Positions 1-14,070 of a stretch of 64,000 nt of DNA are shown in pieces; position 1 is the first letter of the stretch, and every line of letters begins with the position of its first letter. The position numbers and the translations under genes are program-made. This DNA comes from Octopus bimaculoides (Eukaryota), in contig NC_069001.1 in NCBI RefSeq assembly GCF_001194135.2, positions 29,376,699 through 29,440,698 of the forward strand. The letters are read 5' to 3'. Below the pieces are notes generated by a model. It did not search any database. It worked only from the letters and a program-made list of their open reading frames with translations, and was not told the origin of the DNA.

Positions 1-1344
1 ATGAACAAAGACAAACAAAACAAAAATGTTACGATAGTATTTGCGTTACAGCTCATCATACTCGTGACATGGAACACATTACGGTCGAAATCAAGTAACC
101 CTGTCTGCATTCAAGAAAGGAGTAGTTTTACCTGATTTAAGTCAAAGAAAACTGGAAGAAAATGTAATGTTTTGAATCATATTACTTTAATCTAGGACGA
201 TAATATACACGCCCCATGATTAATGATTCATTTACACAGTGGTTTTCTAAAATACTAGCATGTTAAGTAGATGGCAAAAATAATTTGTAACTTGCGTATT
301 TGAAGGAGAATAATATATTCAAGTGTTTACTTGTGAACGGAATTTAAAAGTCGGAATACAGTATTATCTGTGCGGCTTACACGCACCTGGTTGAACTAAT
401 TTATTGCGAAGCACGTATACAGCCGATGAACATATCTAAAGATATGAGACAGATCCTGATAGATACGATATGAAACACTTTGCATTAAATATTGGAACTC
501 AACGGCAAGCTCCAAATATCGTACTGCTAGTTAACACATAAGATTTTACCGATAACGTTGCAATCAATATCTCTTGATATACCCAAGAGGAAACAAAAAA
601 AAAGATACCAAGACTAAAGGCGATGTATTATATAAATGCTCATTATATCTTGTGTGGATATTTTCAAAAGTGTTCGTATAGGAATTTAAAGGAATGGGGA
701 ATGTTATCTGGAATAAAATAATGCCAGAAGACCATATATAACTTGAGAACGATTACCACAGCTGCAAACTGCAAAGAGTGAAATAGTGAAATTATTTTAG
801 TCGTTTTGCAGCAGCGCCATAAACTATGATGTTATTCCATTATGCATGAGGAAACAGATTTTTATGTATATACAACTTCTCAAGATGTCTGGAAATGTGA
901 TAATTTAGTTCTATATTTCCAAATGATTACGTGAAAGTGACATCAAAGATAAAAAGAGTGGCGAAAATATATACGCAAGAAATAAACATTTCTCGAAAAG
1001 TGAAGTTGTTTCTCCCGTTCTTACTCCAATGAAAACGGCGTACGGAGCAGACGCAGTGAGGCAATGCTTCAAGGCTGTTACTATCTCTGCTAAAAAGATG
1101 TGTGAAATATCTCTCTCATTACACATAACAGTTCTCATTTTTCTTTCGCATTCAACTTACATGCTATCGCCGATCCAGAGGACAACTGAATGTGGCACGT
1201 GAGCAAAGAAAAGTAGTGGTACGTTATTTACAATAGAATCGGACACCAACAGGAACTGTCCTACCCATAGCAGTTGCTTGTCAAATATCCACATGTCATC
1301 ATTTAATAGGTGCACTGAAGATATGTGTGGAGGTGAATTTCAAA

Positions 1345-1660
1345 GTGCTGGTGAAGCTTGCGTCTCAACCACATGGTTCTAGGTTCAGTCCCACTACCTG
1401 TCAAAGTGGGCAAATGTCTCTGACTATAGCTTCTGGCCGACCAAAGCCTTACAACTGGATTTGGTAGAAGGAAACTGAAAGAAGCCCTTGCATATACACA
1501 CATACATATACGTTTGTGTGTGTGCCTAGGTGTGTGTGTGTGTTTGTATATCTTTGTGTCTATCTCGCAGCTTCGCTTGCCCACTAATGATAGTTTGTTT
1601 ACTTCGCAGTAACAGCAAAAGAGACCTAGTAGAATAAGTCCCAGACTTAAAAAAGAAAAT
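1345..1660 (+). mobile_element. tRNA-derived SINE, family with an internal (TA)/(TG) microsatellite
   Basis: Head (aaccacatggttctaggttcagtcccact...ggatttggtagaaggaaactgaaagaagccc), then a TG tract, then a tail (cagcaaaagagacctagtagaataagt). The same head and tail recur at 60524-61275, 35580-35790 and 43215-43380. Confidence 0.75.
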
Positions 1661-1784
1661 TACTATACACACATATATATGCATNNNNNNNNNNNNNNNN
1701 NNNNNNNNNNNNNNNNNNNNNNNNNNNNNNNNNNNNNNNNNNNNNNNNNNNNNNNNNNNNNNNNNNNNNNNNNNNNNNNNNNNN

Positions 1785-1850
1785 TGGGAATCGAAACCGC
1801 GATCCTATGACCGCGTGTCCGCTGCCCTAGCCACCGGGCCATTGCGTCCC
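1785..1850 (-). mobile_element. tRNA-like SINE head, cut by the gap
   Basis: The reverse complement gtggggacgcaatggcccggtggctagggcagcgg...ggatcgcggtttcgattccca has A-box and B-box motifs and matches the head at 46447. Confidence 0.75.
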
Positions 1851-2037
1851 CACTTATATATATACATATTTATAATACAAATGGCACTAAATGTCTCTCG
1901 GGTGTTAGGAAACTCCTACATTGCTAGAAAAGTCACATTTAGTGACATATGTAATTCTCGTTTTTGGAGAAACATTGCTATCTGGTGTTTATATTAATGT
2001 GTGTGTGGGTGTGTGTGTGTGTGTCTCTGTGTGTGTG

Positions 2038-2069
<32 letters not shown>

Positions 2070-3136
2070 GGAGATTTAGCGAGGCGATAGATATGCAGCC
2101 GGTATATAAATATCATGTCCCCTCGATTACTGTGAACAAGACCATTTAAATGAGGATGTTTAGGTTAAGTTGAAAGTTTTCTATTTCCCTTTCGGCATTT
2201 GAATTTCGCCTTGGAAGATTTAATAAACCAAATTGAGCCCCAATACTTATTTTATTGCTTGCGAAGTGATGGGGAGAGAATCACAAAGTCTCACACATAC
2301 ATATGTCTACACGCACAGGTCAAAACACACAAAAGACATTCCGTGTACCTTATCCAGTCGCGAGATGTCATTCATTGAGTTGTCCATGATCCAAAAATAG
2401 TTAACTAAACCGGAAACTTTATAGCACAGGAACGATTTCTTTAGCCACGTATCTACGAAAATGAATAGAATACTAGACAGCATGTCAGTATAAAAACACT
2501 CACTATCATTAATTTATATATAAATAACTGTAAGATATTTGTGAGAGTAATAAAATTGTAATGTACTTGAGATTTAACGTTAATAATTGCAGTTTATTGC
2601 AAAATAATTAGTATAGTGGAATGTTTGTTCAATCATCAATCTATATAAAACGACACGTAATATTTTGTAATATAAGTAATTCGTCTTGATAAGCTTTTAT
2701 GATATAGAAAATATTTAATGGAATACGGTACAATGTAGCATTTGTTTAATTAATGGTTTGTAATTGTGTTTATGTATTTGAGTTAAAATTAATATTTGAT
2801 GCATAACAGTTGATTATAAGTGTATTTTCGAGTAGATATATTCTTAATGTGTTTTTCTTGATATTCCACATATGTGGCGAATGAGTTAATAATTAGTGTA
2901 GTAGGATACATAGACAATCTATCGATCGTGTTAAGATAAACAGATCCTGTGTGATTTCATAGAATAATGGAATGTTGCATCTCCATATTCACCAATGTTA
3001 GTTTTAGGAACATTTGATATATATATTAAAGGTTTAAAGTGAGAAATAAGGTGTATATGTTAGAATAACGCCGGGAAAGAATGATTTTAATATAAACCTA
3101 TAGAACGATCACTTGATAACTGTCAGCTTACGTTGA

Positions 3137-4276
3137 ATGGAAGGATTCACTTACCTAAGGATTCTGCGAATACCTGAATATTATATTAGATAATACATAG
3201 GTATATCTCAAAGGGATGAAGGTTAACATAAATTTCAATTATATAGTAATTACATAAAGTCTTACTATTTATTGAATAGTGTAAATGGACAGGAGACCTG
3301 TTGATTAGAAAAGCTATAAATTGATGGCTCCGTATTGCATTAGATATTTTGGTTGCTGCACGACCTGAGATTCATTCTCACTCTAAACCCTACAACCTTT
3401 TGATCCAACAGCAATTGTTGCTTTTCAATGCCTTGTCATACACAGATGTTCAGCCTCTATGCTTCCTCAGGTCGTCTGTCAACCGAACGTTCTACCCTTA
3501 AGATTGGATTAAATTACTCTTTCATCATCTGACACGTCATTAGCTAATGCAAACCATCCTTTTCCGGTAACTATTGCAAATTCACAAACTGCAAATAGAT
3601 TTTCGAATTTTGGCACAACGCCAGTAGTTTCGGAGAAGGGCATGAGTCGGTTACATATAGAGTAGTGCTAAATTCTTTCCTATTTTATTGATATCAAAAG
3701 GATGAAAGACGAAGACAACCTCAGCAAAATGTTAACACACAGCATTAAAAAAAAAACCGACAAAATGCCGTTAAACTTTTTGCCTGCTGTTCTAGCTTGC
3801 CACCTTTAAGAATGAGATAACAATACCTACGGCAAAATGCAAACATAACTACACAGTCTTTAAAGGATTATCACATCAAAAAGCATCAATGGTCCAGGTA
3901 TGTATCTGAAGTGAAACACACGAAAGCACTATTAGTTACGACCTGAGGAAGCATAGAGGCTGAAAATCTGTGTATGACAAGGCATTGAAAAGCAACAATT
4001 GCTGTTGGATCAAAAGGTTGTAGGGTTTAGAGTGAGAATGAATCTCAGGTCGTGCAGCAACCACAATATTTAATGCAATACGGAGAGATCAATTTATAGC
4101 TTTTCTTATCAACAGGTCTCCTGTCCATTTACACTATTCAATAAATAGTAAGACTTTATGTAATTACTATATAATTGAAATTTATGTTAACCTTCATCCC
4201 TTTGAGATATACCTATGTATTATCTAATATAATATTCAGGTATTCGCAGAATCCTTAGGTAAATAAATCCTTCCAT
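3137..4276. repeat. Long inverted repeat: 339-bp arms (3137-3475 and 3938-4276) with a 462-bp spacer
   Basis: Read directly. The arms are reverse complements with about 8 mismatches by manual count, and there is no N gap inside. Confidence 0.95.
3600..3740 (-). mobile_element. Decayed SINE fragment inside the inverted-repeat spacer
   Basis: ttggcacaacgccag...aaaggatgaaagacgaagacaacctcagc resembles the reverse complement of the abundant SINE seen at 51798 and 57709. Confidence 0.55.
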
Positions 4277-5403
4277 CTGAGACGTGAAGCAGGATTATTT
4301 TTCACTATAGGAATAACTATCCTGTCACTGATACCAAAGTATATTTATCCGTACACAAACAATCTGATGTCGTATTTATTTAAACGAAGAAATAATTTGT
4401 TGCAAGAATACGATACGTTTGCTCAGATATTGCAATATAATACATTGATATGCTTCGGAAAGAGTTTCCGAACCCACATCTCGCATTATCTTAACTAACT
4501 TTGTATGTTTCGAGTATGTTTAGTGTATATGCGATTTTGTTATGTATGGCGGGATGCTGAATTTTTAAAGTAATTTGCGAGGAAGGAACAAATGTTGGAT
4601 TACAGCAAAAAAAAAAAAAAAATGATAATAATAATTGAATGATATCATTCTAAAGTTATCGATCGTCACACAATTGAAAACTTCAATTCTTTCACTTTAT
4701 TCAAAAAGCATTTCCAGTTTTTCGCTATTAATGTAATAATCAAACAGCCTTGTTCTCACTGTGGATATACATACATATAAATATATATATATATATACTT
4801 ATATATATATATATATGCATATATATATATNNNNNNNNNNNNNNNNNNNNNNNNNNNNNNNNNNNNNNNNNNNNNNNNNNNNNNNNNNNNNNNNNNNNNN
4901 NNNNNNNNNNNNNNNNNNNNNNNNNNNNNNNNNNNNNNNNNNNNNNNNNNNNNNNNNNNNNNNNNNNNNNNNNNNNNNNNNNNNNNNNNNNNNNNNNNNN
5001 NNNNNNNNNNNNNNNNNNNNNNNNNNNNNNNNNNNNNNNNNNNNNNNNNNNNNNNNNNNNNNNNNNNNNNNNNNNNNNNNNNNNNNNNNNNNNNNNNNNN
5101 NNNNNNNNNNNNNNNNNNNNNNNNNNNNNNNNNNNNNNNNNNNNNNNNNNNNNNNNNNNNNNNNNNNNNNNNNNNNNNNNNNNNNNNNNNNNNNNNNNNN
5201 NNNNNNNNNNNNNNNNNNNNNNNNNNNNNNNNNNNNNNNNNNNNNNNNNNNNNNNNNNNNNNNNNNNNNNNNNNNNNNNNNNNNNNNNNNNNNNNNNNNN
5301 NNNNNNNNNNNNNNNNNNNNNNNNNNNNNNNNNNNNNNNNNNNNNNNNNNNNNNNNNNNNNNNNNNNNNATATATATGCAACTGGAGATATATAGATATG
5401 AAT

Positions 5404-5453
<50 letters not shown>

Positions 5454-6680
5454 CATATATGGAACTAAGTAATTTTGTCGAGTAATATATAGTCGTCCAG
5501 AGAGTAAAGTAATATCTACGCTTTACATCTTGTTTATTGCAAAGGTGTGGATAAGATTTATTTTTTCTTGCTTTGCTGTTTTACAATTTTTTTGAAACGA
5601 TTTTTATTTTGGAATGAGTGTGCAGTGCTTAGATATAAGAATACGCTTCTTTCTTTCTCTCATTCTTTCTCTATTTCTTTCTTTTGATTTAATATTCACG
5701 TTGGTAATAACTCAGTATGAAAAATTCAAAGTCTTAGTCACATACATATTTGTTTTTCCAAGATCGCTGTTTAAAAAATAAGCAACACAATCGCTTTACA
5801 TACCGTTATCACTCCATTCCTAAAATCAATGAACTCTTGCGTTTTTACTTTACAATCCCTCTTTGTGTTACTGTCAGAGATATAGGTGTTCGTCATATGT
5901 TTTTTTCTGTTAGAATATTTGTACGTAGCGGATTCATAACTCAAAAACAGATAAAAAGTTAACAATGACATTATACAAAAAATTCTGAAGATACAACAAA
6001 CATATATTTATCTCAAACACAACAGAAGAATAAGTGAATTGAATTAACCCACGTAGTTGCATAACAAAATCATCTAAAAGCGATATCGATGATGCCACGC
6101 ACAAAAGTTACCAGGAAATCAAGTCTTCAAAGCCTTCGCCTTTTCCTTGACTGTGCGTTTATGTATGCGTATGTATCTTTGTGTGTGTTTATGTGCATAT
6201 ATGTGTGTGTGTGTGTGTGTGTGTATGTGTGTGTGTGTGTGTGTGTGTTCGTGTGTAAATTGATGAAAAGTGACACACGAGTTGATACGTATAAGGGAAA
6301 TAAGACAAGGTAGAAGATGCCAACATAGTTTTATCATAAATTATATTTCCTAATGATTCGTACCGGCATCTGTCTTTTCGGCATCTTCAACAAAGAGAAA
6401 GACAAAAGTGGATATTTATTACGGAGAAAAACAATTAAAACGAAGGAACAATCAGCTAGGATATTTTTTTTTTCTTCTTTCTTTATTTTTTTTTTGTGCC
6501 CCTCTCTTTTCCTTTGTGAAGCTTCGTAAGGCACTTAGTAACAGTTCTGAAAGATTGTCTGTTGGGGTGAAAAGTTATATTTGCTTCTATGCTGAATGGC
6601 TTAACTAACAGCAGCCGAAGAAAGATGAAGCGACAGAGAGGTAGAAGAAAAAGAAGAAGAAGGAGTGGTTTTTTACCCTG

Positions 6681-6757
6681 TAGTAAAGGCTCTCTGTGGA
6701 ATCTGCTTCAATGGTCACTAGGCCTCACAGAGATCAATTGTAGTAGCAGTAGTAGTA
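6681..6757 (+). repeat. 50-bp repeat core, copy 1, followed by (TAG)n
   Basis: Matches 9249-9298 at 47 of 50 positions. Confidence 0.85.
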
Positions 6758-8541
6758 GGGATTGTTCTATATACATTTGTGGGGAGCGACTATTCTAAAT
6801 ATATCTAGTAGCTTTAATATTTCTGTGGGTATTATTCCAAGATCGCTGTAGTAGTGTCATCTGTGGTTGAAAGCTTTAACACTTGCGATAAAATATGATT
6901 TTATACTTATGTGCTGAATATAGGTTGCATTGTCACTAAATTTATAATGGGGAAAATTCTATTGTTGGGTTGTTCATTAGTGATACAAATATAAATGAGT
7001 TCACTTCATGCTATTTCCCTGTATTTCCGTATTTTAATCTGGGATCTATGTGCGGTCATCCTCCGAAGTAGACTGTTTGACCAATGTACTACTCCCCACA
7101 CCCAAAGCAAGTTAAAATATATATTAGGTTTTCCCGAAGATTATGAGAAGTTACTTTTCCTTGTTTTTCCCTGTTTCAGTCATTTAACTGCGGCCATACT
7201 GGACAACCGCCTTTTTTTGCCGAACCACAATTTATAACATAAAGTAGATCCGACCCTTCCAGTAGGTTGGGGCATGTACCACAAGTTGGGCCACCACACT
7301 TTTTACCCGTTGGTTTCGCTGTTGTTGTTCCTTGTGAAACCCCTTGATTTCACAAAGAACTGAACTAAAATGAACTGAAGGAAGATTACATACTTTGGCC
7401 GAGGCTTATTGTTGATTTGAGGAAATCGATTTTGAGAAAGACGTAAGTATTCGATATTCTGAATCATCTATGTAGTGTATTTGTGTTATTGCTTCGTAGG
7501 AGAATGATAACATTTAGTTTATCTCTGTTATCTCAGACTCCGAAACGCCGCGTATGCGAACAAGTCTAAAACTCTACATGTACCATAATCCAATCACGCA
7601 ATTAACATTTACCGACCTAGATTTATTGAATGGGGTGAAGCGAGTTCTAACTTAAGTATATTCGGGAGCAGAGATAAAACAATGCATCGATCGTTTTGTT
7701 TGCATGTTTTCCTTACTTGGAACAATTTTATTTCACAAATGATATACCAGAGACAAGAACTTGAATCTCGTTTCAATTTCCCTACATAAAACCCTTTCTG
7801 CCGAGCGAGAATGATCAATTTCATAACCTATTAATTTTATATAAAATCGATATCATATATTGATTTACACTCAAACCCGTAAGGGAACTATTCCAAGGCG
7901 GAAAAGAAGATAATTAGGAACTCAACGAACGCCTTCCTTTTTCTTTAAGTAACGTTATACGCGTGCCTCTTTCTGTACATGCATATACGCACATATATAC
8001 ATACATAGAAACACATACACACACGAACATATATGTATGCATATATGAGTATACTCTCTCACGCACACACACACATATATAAATAACTCATTTACATATA
8101 TGCCTGTATATATATATATATATATATATATATNNNNNNNNNNNNNNNNNNNNNNNNNNNNNNNNNNNNNNNNNNNNNNNNNNNNNNNNNNNNNNNNNNN
8201 NNNNNNNNNNNNNNNNNNNNNNNNNNNNNNNNNNNNNNNNNNNNNNNNNNNNNNNNNNNNNNNNNNNNNNNNNNNNNNNNNNNNNNNNNNNNNNNNNNNN
8301 NNNNNNNNNNNNNNNNNNNNNNNNNNNNNNNNNNNNNNNNNNNNNNNNNNNNNNNNNNNNNNNNNNNNNNNNNNNNNNNNNNNNNNNNNNNNNNNNNNNN
8401 NNNNNNNNNNNNNNNNNNNNNNNNNNNNNNNNNNNNNNNNNNNNNNNNNNNNNNNNNNNNNNNNNNNNNNNNNNNNNNNNNNNNNNNNNNNNNNNNNNNN
8501 NNNNNNNNNNNNNNNNNNNNNNNNNNNNNNNNNNNNNNNNN

Positions 8542-8585
<44 letters not shown>

Positions 8586-9156
8586 ACATGTAGAATCATA
8601 ATCTTTCTTTCGTAACTGATTTGGATCATGTCTACAAAATTTATTAAATACCCCGATGTCATTCTGACATTTATTCAAACCGAAAGGTATTTAAGTTCAT
8701 AGAATACATTTCCAATAAAATAATCTAGCATAAATACAAAGGTAGCATACTAACAGTAATTGATGGAATGTGTTATAAGCAAAAATACCTCCGAAAGTAG
8801 ATGTTGTTCTTCAGCATAAATAGGAAAACAAAATAATAAAAAAATTAACATGTTCATTGTTTTAATCTGCTGGAATCTATATAGACTGCATACGTAAGTC
8901 ATTGGATAACTATGTAGATTATTCAGGAAGTTCATTTGGCTATGGTAAAGTTTAGACTGACATTGAGATTACAAGTACTGGGGTGTCGTGTTTTGATAAG
9001 ATTTAGTGAGTACCCACATTAAGCACACGTGTTAAAACGCACAAAAGTAGGAAAATAAACCGATGAAATGAGTAACATTTGGACGCTGGTCGAGATAATA
9101 ATTTTCTTTGCTCTCTGAAAATATTCGCCTCGTGTTGCTACAACAAATATTATATA

Positions 9157-9157
<1 letters not shown>

Positions 9158-9199
<42 letters not shown>

Positions 9200-9320
9200 T
9201 TGTTGTTGCTGCTGCTGCTACTACTAGTTCTACTACTCCTATAACTACTAGTAAAGGCTCTCTGAGGAATCTGCTTTAATGGTCACAAGGCCTCACAGTG
9301 ACATGTAGTAGTAGTAGTAG
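9158..9320 (+). repeat. (ACT)n, then 50-bp core copy 2, then (TAG)n
   Basis: Direct reading; the core is shared with 6681. Confidence 0.85.
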
Positions 9321-9639
9321 AATGTAAGAATGTAAGAAATGACGACGACGAAGAAGAAGAAGTCATGTGACAAGTATAGGGTTGGGTATTTGATCACAAA
9401 ATATATTTATTTTATTTCATAGAATTTTTACACATTTGTCTGGATTTCGTTATTCAATCCTGTGTGGGGGAGGTTGATAACGAATTCTTTTATTTGACAG
9501 AAAATTCCAACTGATGCATACCAAGAGCTGGCTTGGAATGCAGCTGGAGTTTGTTGTAGATAATCTTGTTTCTTGTAGGTCAGCAGTCAACAAGTACGAG
9601 CTCGATAGGCGATTGGGAGTGTGGTTCTTGGGTATGACG

Positions 9640-9730
<91 letters not shown>

Positions 9731-11085
9731 TCTCACATATGCATGTATTTAATACACAAAACCATAGTGAGTGCAAGAGCATGAATACTGCTGTACGCAT
9801 TCTCACTATAAATACGTAAACAATTACACAAAAACACACATGTATACACACAGGCACACATACATATTAAAACATGCACTTATTGTTTCAAAACTAGTTC
9901 AAATAATGTATTTCTTTGAACTTTATACTGCGTTATACTTTGTATTTGATTCCATAAATATTGCTTCACATATATTTATGAATTTCCTGCGAAAACTCCT
10001 CCGAGTTTTGAATAATTGAATCATACAGAAAAAAAACTTGTAACAATTTTATATTTTAACTTTGTTGCAAATATTGTATCGTTTTTTTTTTCTATTTTTT
10101 TTTTTTTGGTGAATACTTTTTATACTGAAGATGAACTCCTTTCTATGACACACATGCACAGAAATGAAAGTTTAATATTTCATAATGCACTTCATTTATA
10201 TGATGATTAATGTAGCGTTTCATTTTGTTTCTCTCTGCCCCACTCTGTTCGTTTGTGAGTCAAGCTGACTAACTCCCTCTCGTTCCTTCACTCTCTAGTT
10301 TTCTCTTTCTGTGAATGTCTCTTATGTGCGCGCGTGTGTACATATATATATATATATNNNNNNNNNNNNNNNNNNNNNNNNNNNNNNNNNNNNNNNNNNN
10401 NNNNNNNNNNNNNNNNNNNNNNNNNNNNNNNNNNNNNNNNNNNNNNNNNNNNNNNNNNNNNNNNNNNNNNNNNNNNNNNNNNNNNNNNNNNNNNNNNNNN
10501 NNNNNNNNNNNNNNNNNNNNNNNNNNNNNNNNNNNNNNNNNNNNNNNNNNNNNNNNNNNNNNNNNNNNNNNNNNNNNNNNNNNNNNNNNNNNNNNNNNNN
10601 NNNNNNNNNNNNNNNNNNNNNNNNNNNNNNNNNNNNNNNNNNNNNNNNNNNNNNNNNNNNNNNNNNNNNNNNNNNNNNNNNNNNNNNNNNNNNNNNNNNN
10701 NNNNNNNNNNNNNNNNNNNNNNNNNNNNNNNNNNNNNNNNNNNNNNNNNNNNNNNNNNNNNNNNNNNNNNNNNNNNNNNNNNNNNNNNNNNNNNNNNNNN
10801 NNNNNNNNNNNNNNNNNNNNNNNNNNNNNNNNNNNNNNNNNNNNNNNNNNNNNNNNNNNNNNNNNNNNNNNNNNNNNNNNNNNNNNNNNNNNNNNNNNNN
10901 NNNNNNNNNNNNNNNNNNNNNNNNNNNNNNNNNNNNNNNNNNNNNNNNNNNNNNNNNNNNNNNNNNNNNNNNNNNNNNNNNNNNNNNNNNNNNNNNNNNN
11001 NNNNNNNNNNNNNNNNNNNNNNNNNNNNNNNNNNNNNNNNNNNNNNNNNNNNNNNNNNNNNNNNNNNNNNNNNNNNNNNNNNNNN

Positions 11086-11132
<47 letters not shown>

Positions 11133-11259
11133 ATATAATAAAAATGGATGTTTGTTTGTGTGCGTCTGTTTATGGGGAGTAAAACTACAACGTGGATATA
11201 TAAACTCAAAGTTAATTCTTTGGTAAATTTTCCCTACGAGTCCTTACCCAACATGTACC

Positions 11260-12560
11260 AAATCACATTTCAAAAATAAATGAAGTGTCTAACGGGGACC
11301 CAATCGAAGTTTGAAACCCAGGTTGTTACAGTAACTGGTCCTGAAGCGCGATGGCATTTATTGGGATATACGAAACGGTGCAGTGATGACCACTTCGGGT
11401 ATTTGTGTAGCTTTCAATGCCAAAATTTAGCAGAATCACTTCTAGGATCTTCCAGACGTATATTACGGCATACCTATTCCGCCTTCGCTGCAGAGTCTTA
11501 GCTGTTTCAGCCTTTCTCAGTAGCTAAGCTGTTGTAATGAAACTATCTTCTTTGTGAAGCTTCGCTGCTAATTTTACACTTGGGAATTACCATAGTTGGA
11601 AGCAGTATTCCGGACGCCTGCGGACGAATGTCCTCCGGAGAACCATCACGGTTTCCTTCTCTCTGGTTTTGAAGGCTCTCAGGATCCAGTACTTTATCGC
11701 CATCTTGGTAATGTACACTTGGAAAGAAGTATCATTACTCATGTCCATACCCAGGTCACGAATTGATTCAGGTTATGGGATTGTATTCCCCTTGGGCCAT
11801 TGTACCCAGTAAGTTTTTCGTTCAATTTTGGGTGCTGGTAGTGCAAGGCTTGGAATTTTCCAACATCAAACTGCAGATTATTGTCCTCAGCTCATCTGAA
11901 ATTTGTTTCTAACTCCTGCTGCAGGCGTGCAATATCACTAGCGCTTTGAATTTTTTGCGAGACTTTCGTATCGACTCCGTTGCTAGCAAGGGTGGCTATC
12001 AGGGCAACTGAGCGTATATCTGAGAGGGCCATTATGAAAAGCAGTGGTCCCATGATAGTGTCCTGTGGAACACCACTCACTAATTGTGTTTCCTTTGACG
12101 TTACTCCTTTAGCCACCACTGCCTAAATTCTATGTTTCATTGAGTCCTATAAACACTCTCCAAGTTTTCCAGCTATACCAACATCGCGCAGTTTGTGGCA
12201 TATCATACCATGATCAAATTTATGAAAGTTGTTTGCAAAGTCAAGGTATATTACGTCCACATTTGACTTGTCGAGTAAGACGCTTCTACATCCAGGCATA
12301 ATGCTGCAGTATCTGTGTCTGATAGCTTCTACCTGGTCGAAAGCCATCCTGGGTGTCACCCAGCAAATCGTTTTTTTTTTCAAGGGATGCGATTAGTTTC
12401 CCCTTGACTATTCATTCTACGACTTTACCGATGTGTGATTGCCCTATAATGTTTGGCATCTGCTCCGCTTCCTCCTTTCGTAGGTTCTGCATATTATTTC
12501 TTCCTTCAGCTTCCTCGGCCTCTTGCCATTTGCAAGAAAACTCTGGAAGATGGATAGATA
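11260..12560 (-). mobile_element. 5'-truncated, decayed CR1/L2-group LINE (RT and C-terminal region)
   Basis: Minus-strand translation across frameshifts and stops gives YRAI..SHIGKVVE, GFRPGRS, VDVIYLDFANNFHKFDHG, SGVPQDTIMGPLLFI, GVDTKV (decayed xADD motif), IRDLG, WILRAFKTRE and LSY*ERLKQL. Confidence 0.9.
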
Positions 12561-13397
12561 TAGTATGACGAGAATAAGCAATAATTACATTAGGCAACGT
12601 AGGCAGTTGACAGAAATGGTTTTTGTTGACCGCTCGCGAATAGAAGAATATTTTAACGACTTGAATATGAGACCTTTGTCAGGACTTACATTAAAAAGGG
12701 AGACGTATTCAGAATAACCATGATTGAGAGATGCAGGTGGGATGTAAATATTTATAGTCCAAAGGAGTGCTTCTAACGCCGTTTGTTACAGTGTGTATGT
12801 GTATATTTTTCTATGTTCTATGTCCCCAATGTATTTTCTGCATATACCTTCATTCATTATTACTAACAAGAGTTCACTTTGCTTATTCACAAATATGTTG
12901 TTGTTCCTATGTATACGGAGTAATGTTATTATCAAGGATGTTAATGATATCTCCATGCAGCACTGTACTGATTGTAAGAGACACGCGTAAGGCGGGCGCC
13001 AGTCTATGATACTTGGCAGCTCCTTTAGGCTAATACAAGCAAGGACTGTATAAAACCAACAGATGCTTTTCATCAGCATGCAATGTGCAAGTTAAATTTC
13101 TTGTTGTCATATATTGCAATACGATACATCTGAGTAAGAAGGGCAGTGTGACCTGTCTTAGAAAAACCTATAAGTATATGAACTTGAAACGTGGTATGAT
13201 TTAAGAGTAGACACATTTCCAATACATATAATTGGGAGACAATATTTCTCCTGATTTCTGTTAGCAGTCAATAACAGCTACATGTCAGCTGTCTATGTAC
13301 CAAAACCACATGGGACTCAGTAATTTCTAAATAATTTAGTTTTGCTATATATAATGTAAACTTCGAAAGTGTAAATGGAAACATTTATTACGCAGTA

Positions 13398-14070
13398 TTA
13401 AGCCGGCGAGCTGTCATAATCGAGAGATGGCCAAAGCGACAAAAAATTTGGATGGCGCTTTAGCGATTTCAGTTCAAATTCATACAATGTCGACTTTTCA
13501 TCGCATCCTTCAGATTCGATAAAACAACAGTCCTTTGAATTCTGGAGTTAACATAATCTACTAACACCTTTCCCCAACAGTCCAGGCCTTCTGCTTAAAC
13601 TAGAAAAGATGGAGAGCTATTAGAATCGCTAATACGCAGGGTAAAATCTGCAGCGGCTTTTCTTCCGATTTTATGCCTTAAAATCAAATTCTGCTGAGCG
13701 CGGTTTTCCCTTTCAATACGTCGAGATCGACGTAGCAGTTGAGTGCTGGGTTCGATGTAATTAACTTATCTCTCCCTGAAAGTAATTTTTTTAAATAAAA
13801 AAAGCATCACAGACACACATCACAACAGAATGACAGCCAATAATAGAAGCGATTATTACACATAATATGATTTCGGAATCGTTGGTAAGTTGGACAAAAT
13901 AATCAGTAGAATATCTTACGTTACATTACTTTGAGTTCAAATTCCACCGAAGACAACGATGGCTTCCATCCTTCCTGAAACACTAAAATAAATGACACCC
14001 CAGTCGCGTTGGCGATATAACCTATTTAGCTCCTCCCCTTAAAATTGCTGGCTTTGTGTCAATGTTAGAA
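13398..14070 (+). mobile_element. Three old same-orientation SINE copies (about 13398-13560, 13612-13790, 13878-14070)
   Basis: Each carries a decayed (g)agttcaaattc core followed by family 3' motifs. Confidence 0.6.

Noticed and set aside
1-900. Possible decayed LINE endonuclease/RT (VTWNTLRS, DFTDNVA)
   Set aside because: Only isolated short motif resemblances in inconsistent order.
4740-5472. Long ORFs of YI/X repeats, here and at every gap (8.1, 10.3, 15.7, 20.5, 25.7, 27.5, 39.0 and 60.7 kb)
   Set aside because: They are translations of (TA)n and N runs, not coding sequence.
12570-13140. Possible Gypsy RNase H/integrase remnant (ADEKHLL...AAKYHRLAPAL; KIHWGH) or GPCR-like ORF 12786-13079
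   Set aside because: The motif resemblance is too weak and stop-ridden to support without a database search.
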